A stretch of 63,310 nucleotides of DNA, counting the filler, from Phoronis australis (taxonomy: Eukaryota; Animalia; Phoronida), in the NCBI GenBank assembly GCA_002633005.1. It is 4 parts of 4 records of this genome, joined end to end, with 100 filler letters (N's around TTAATTAATTAA, not from the genome) between each part and the next. Parts side by side here need not be neighbours in the genome. Positions count along the whole stretch, not along the records: positions 55,185 to 63,310 come from NMRA01001933.1; 3 more parts are not named here. One strand, written 5' to 3'. The number at the start of each line of letters is the position of its first letter. Position 1 is the stretch's first letter. Positions 62,791 to 63,310 of this stretch are shown here, in pieces. The position numbers were made by a program, and so were the translations under genes. The notes beneath the pieces are model-generated. The model did not search any database. It was not told where the DNA came from and saw only the letters and a list, made by a program, of their open reading frames with translations.

Positions 62791-63310
62791 CGATTTAACT
62801 AGTTTTCTCATACTAAAAGACCTACTTGTTTATGGTCCACAGCGTTTGCGCGCGAAACCTACTACTCTTCGTAATGCCTATTACAAGTTTTGTATTTTGT
62901 GCCATGAATTCTTAACAAATTTGTCGTATTTAAAATAGTCTTCAAATGCCCAAAAGACCAAATCCGTTTTTCGTGTTGGCAATAATGACGGGATTGCTTT
63001 GGAAATCGTCTTATGTTAAGGTTTGACAAAGAGAGTATTGCGAGTTTCTGAGTGATTCACTAAGGCTTCGATTAAAATTCACATCTTACCAGCAGCTTCT
63101 GTTTTTTCATCTTCACTCAGGTTCCATTCTCTTTAAAAATTGAAGTAAATTTTCTTCATTGCACAGTGGAGCATACGACGAAAACGGAGTCGTAGTGCGC
63201 AGCGCCACTGCCGGTCGCCTGGGATATCGCGGGAGAGCCTATATTTAGCCATAGTTCCGTTACGAATGCGCCGTGTTCCGAATTTGACACTTGAAATTTG
63301 GGTTTGAGCC

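Overview
Eukaryotic (metazoan) draft-assembly sequence: AT-rich, intron-rich and repeat-dense, with no prokaryotic features. A marine invertebrate deuterostome such as a hemichordate is my low-confidence guess. Three 100-nt N-gaps carrying a TTAATTAATTAA linker split the window into four blocks that need not be correctly ordered or oriented: A 1-27077, B 27178-39533, C 39634-55084, D 55185-63310. Recognisable host genes: one filamin exon (end of CH2 domain into the first Ig repeat, minus strand, 28038-28185) and four coding exons of a CFAP100/CCDC37-family ciliary gene (minus, 57427-60399). Block A looks like a long plus-strand intron full of non-autonomous repeats, with a few candidate micro-exons. 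Block B adds candidate Gly-rich micro-exons, a 2.95-kb Tc2-like TIR element and a Kolobok-like THAP deletion derivative. Block C is almost all transposon debris: a Penelope GIY-YIG fragment with a degenerate hammerhead, an L1/Tx1 RT, a cluster of inverted Academ-like copies, a palindromic MITE and a HERO-like 3' end. I found no intact novel multi-gene system. The best leads are the Gly-rich micro-exons next to the filamin exon, the THAP / YQFEPEY head-on fusion, and ribozyme-like motifs in retroelement 3' ends. All family assignments come from motif recognition by eye; no database searches were run.
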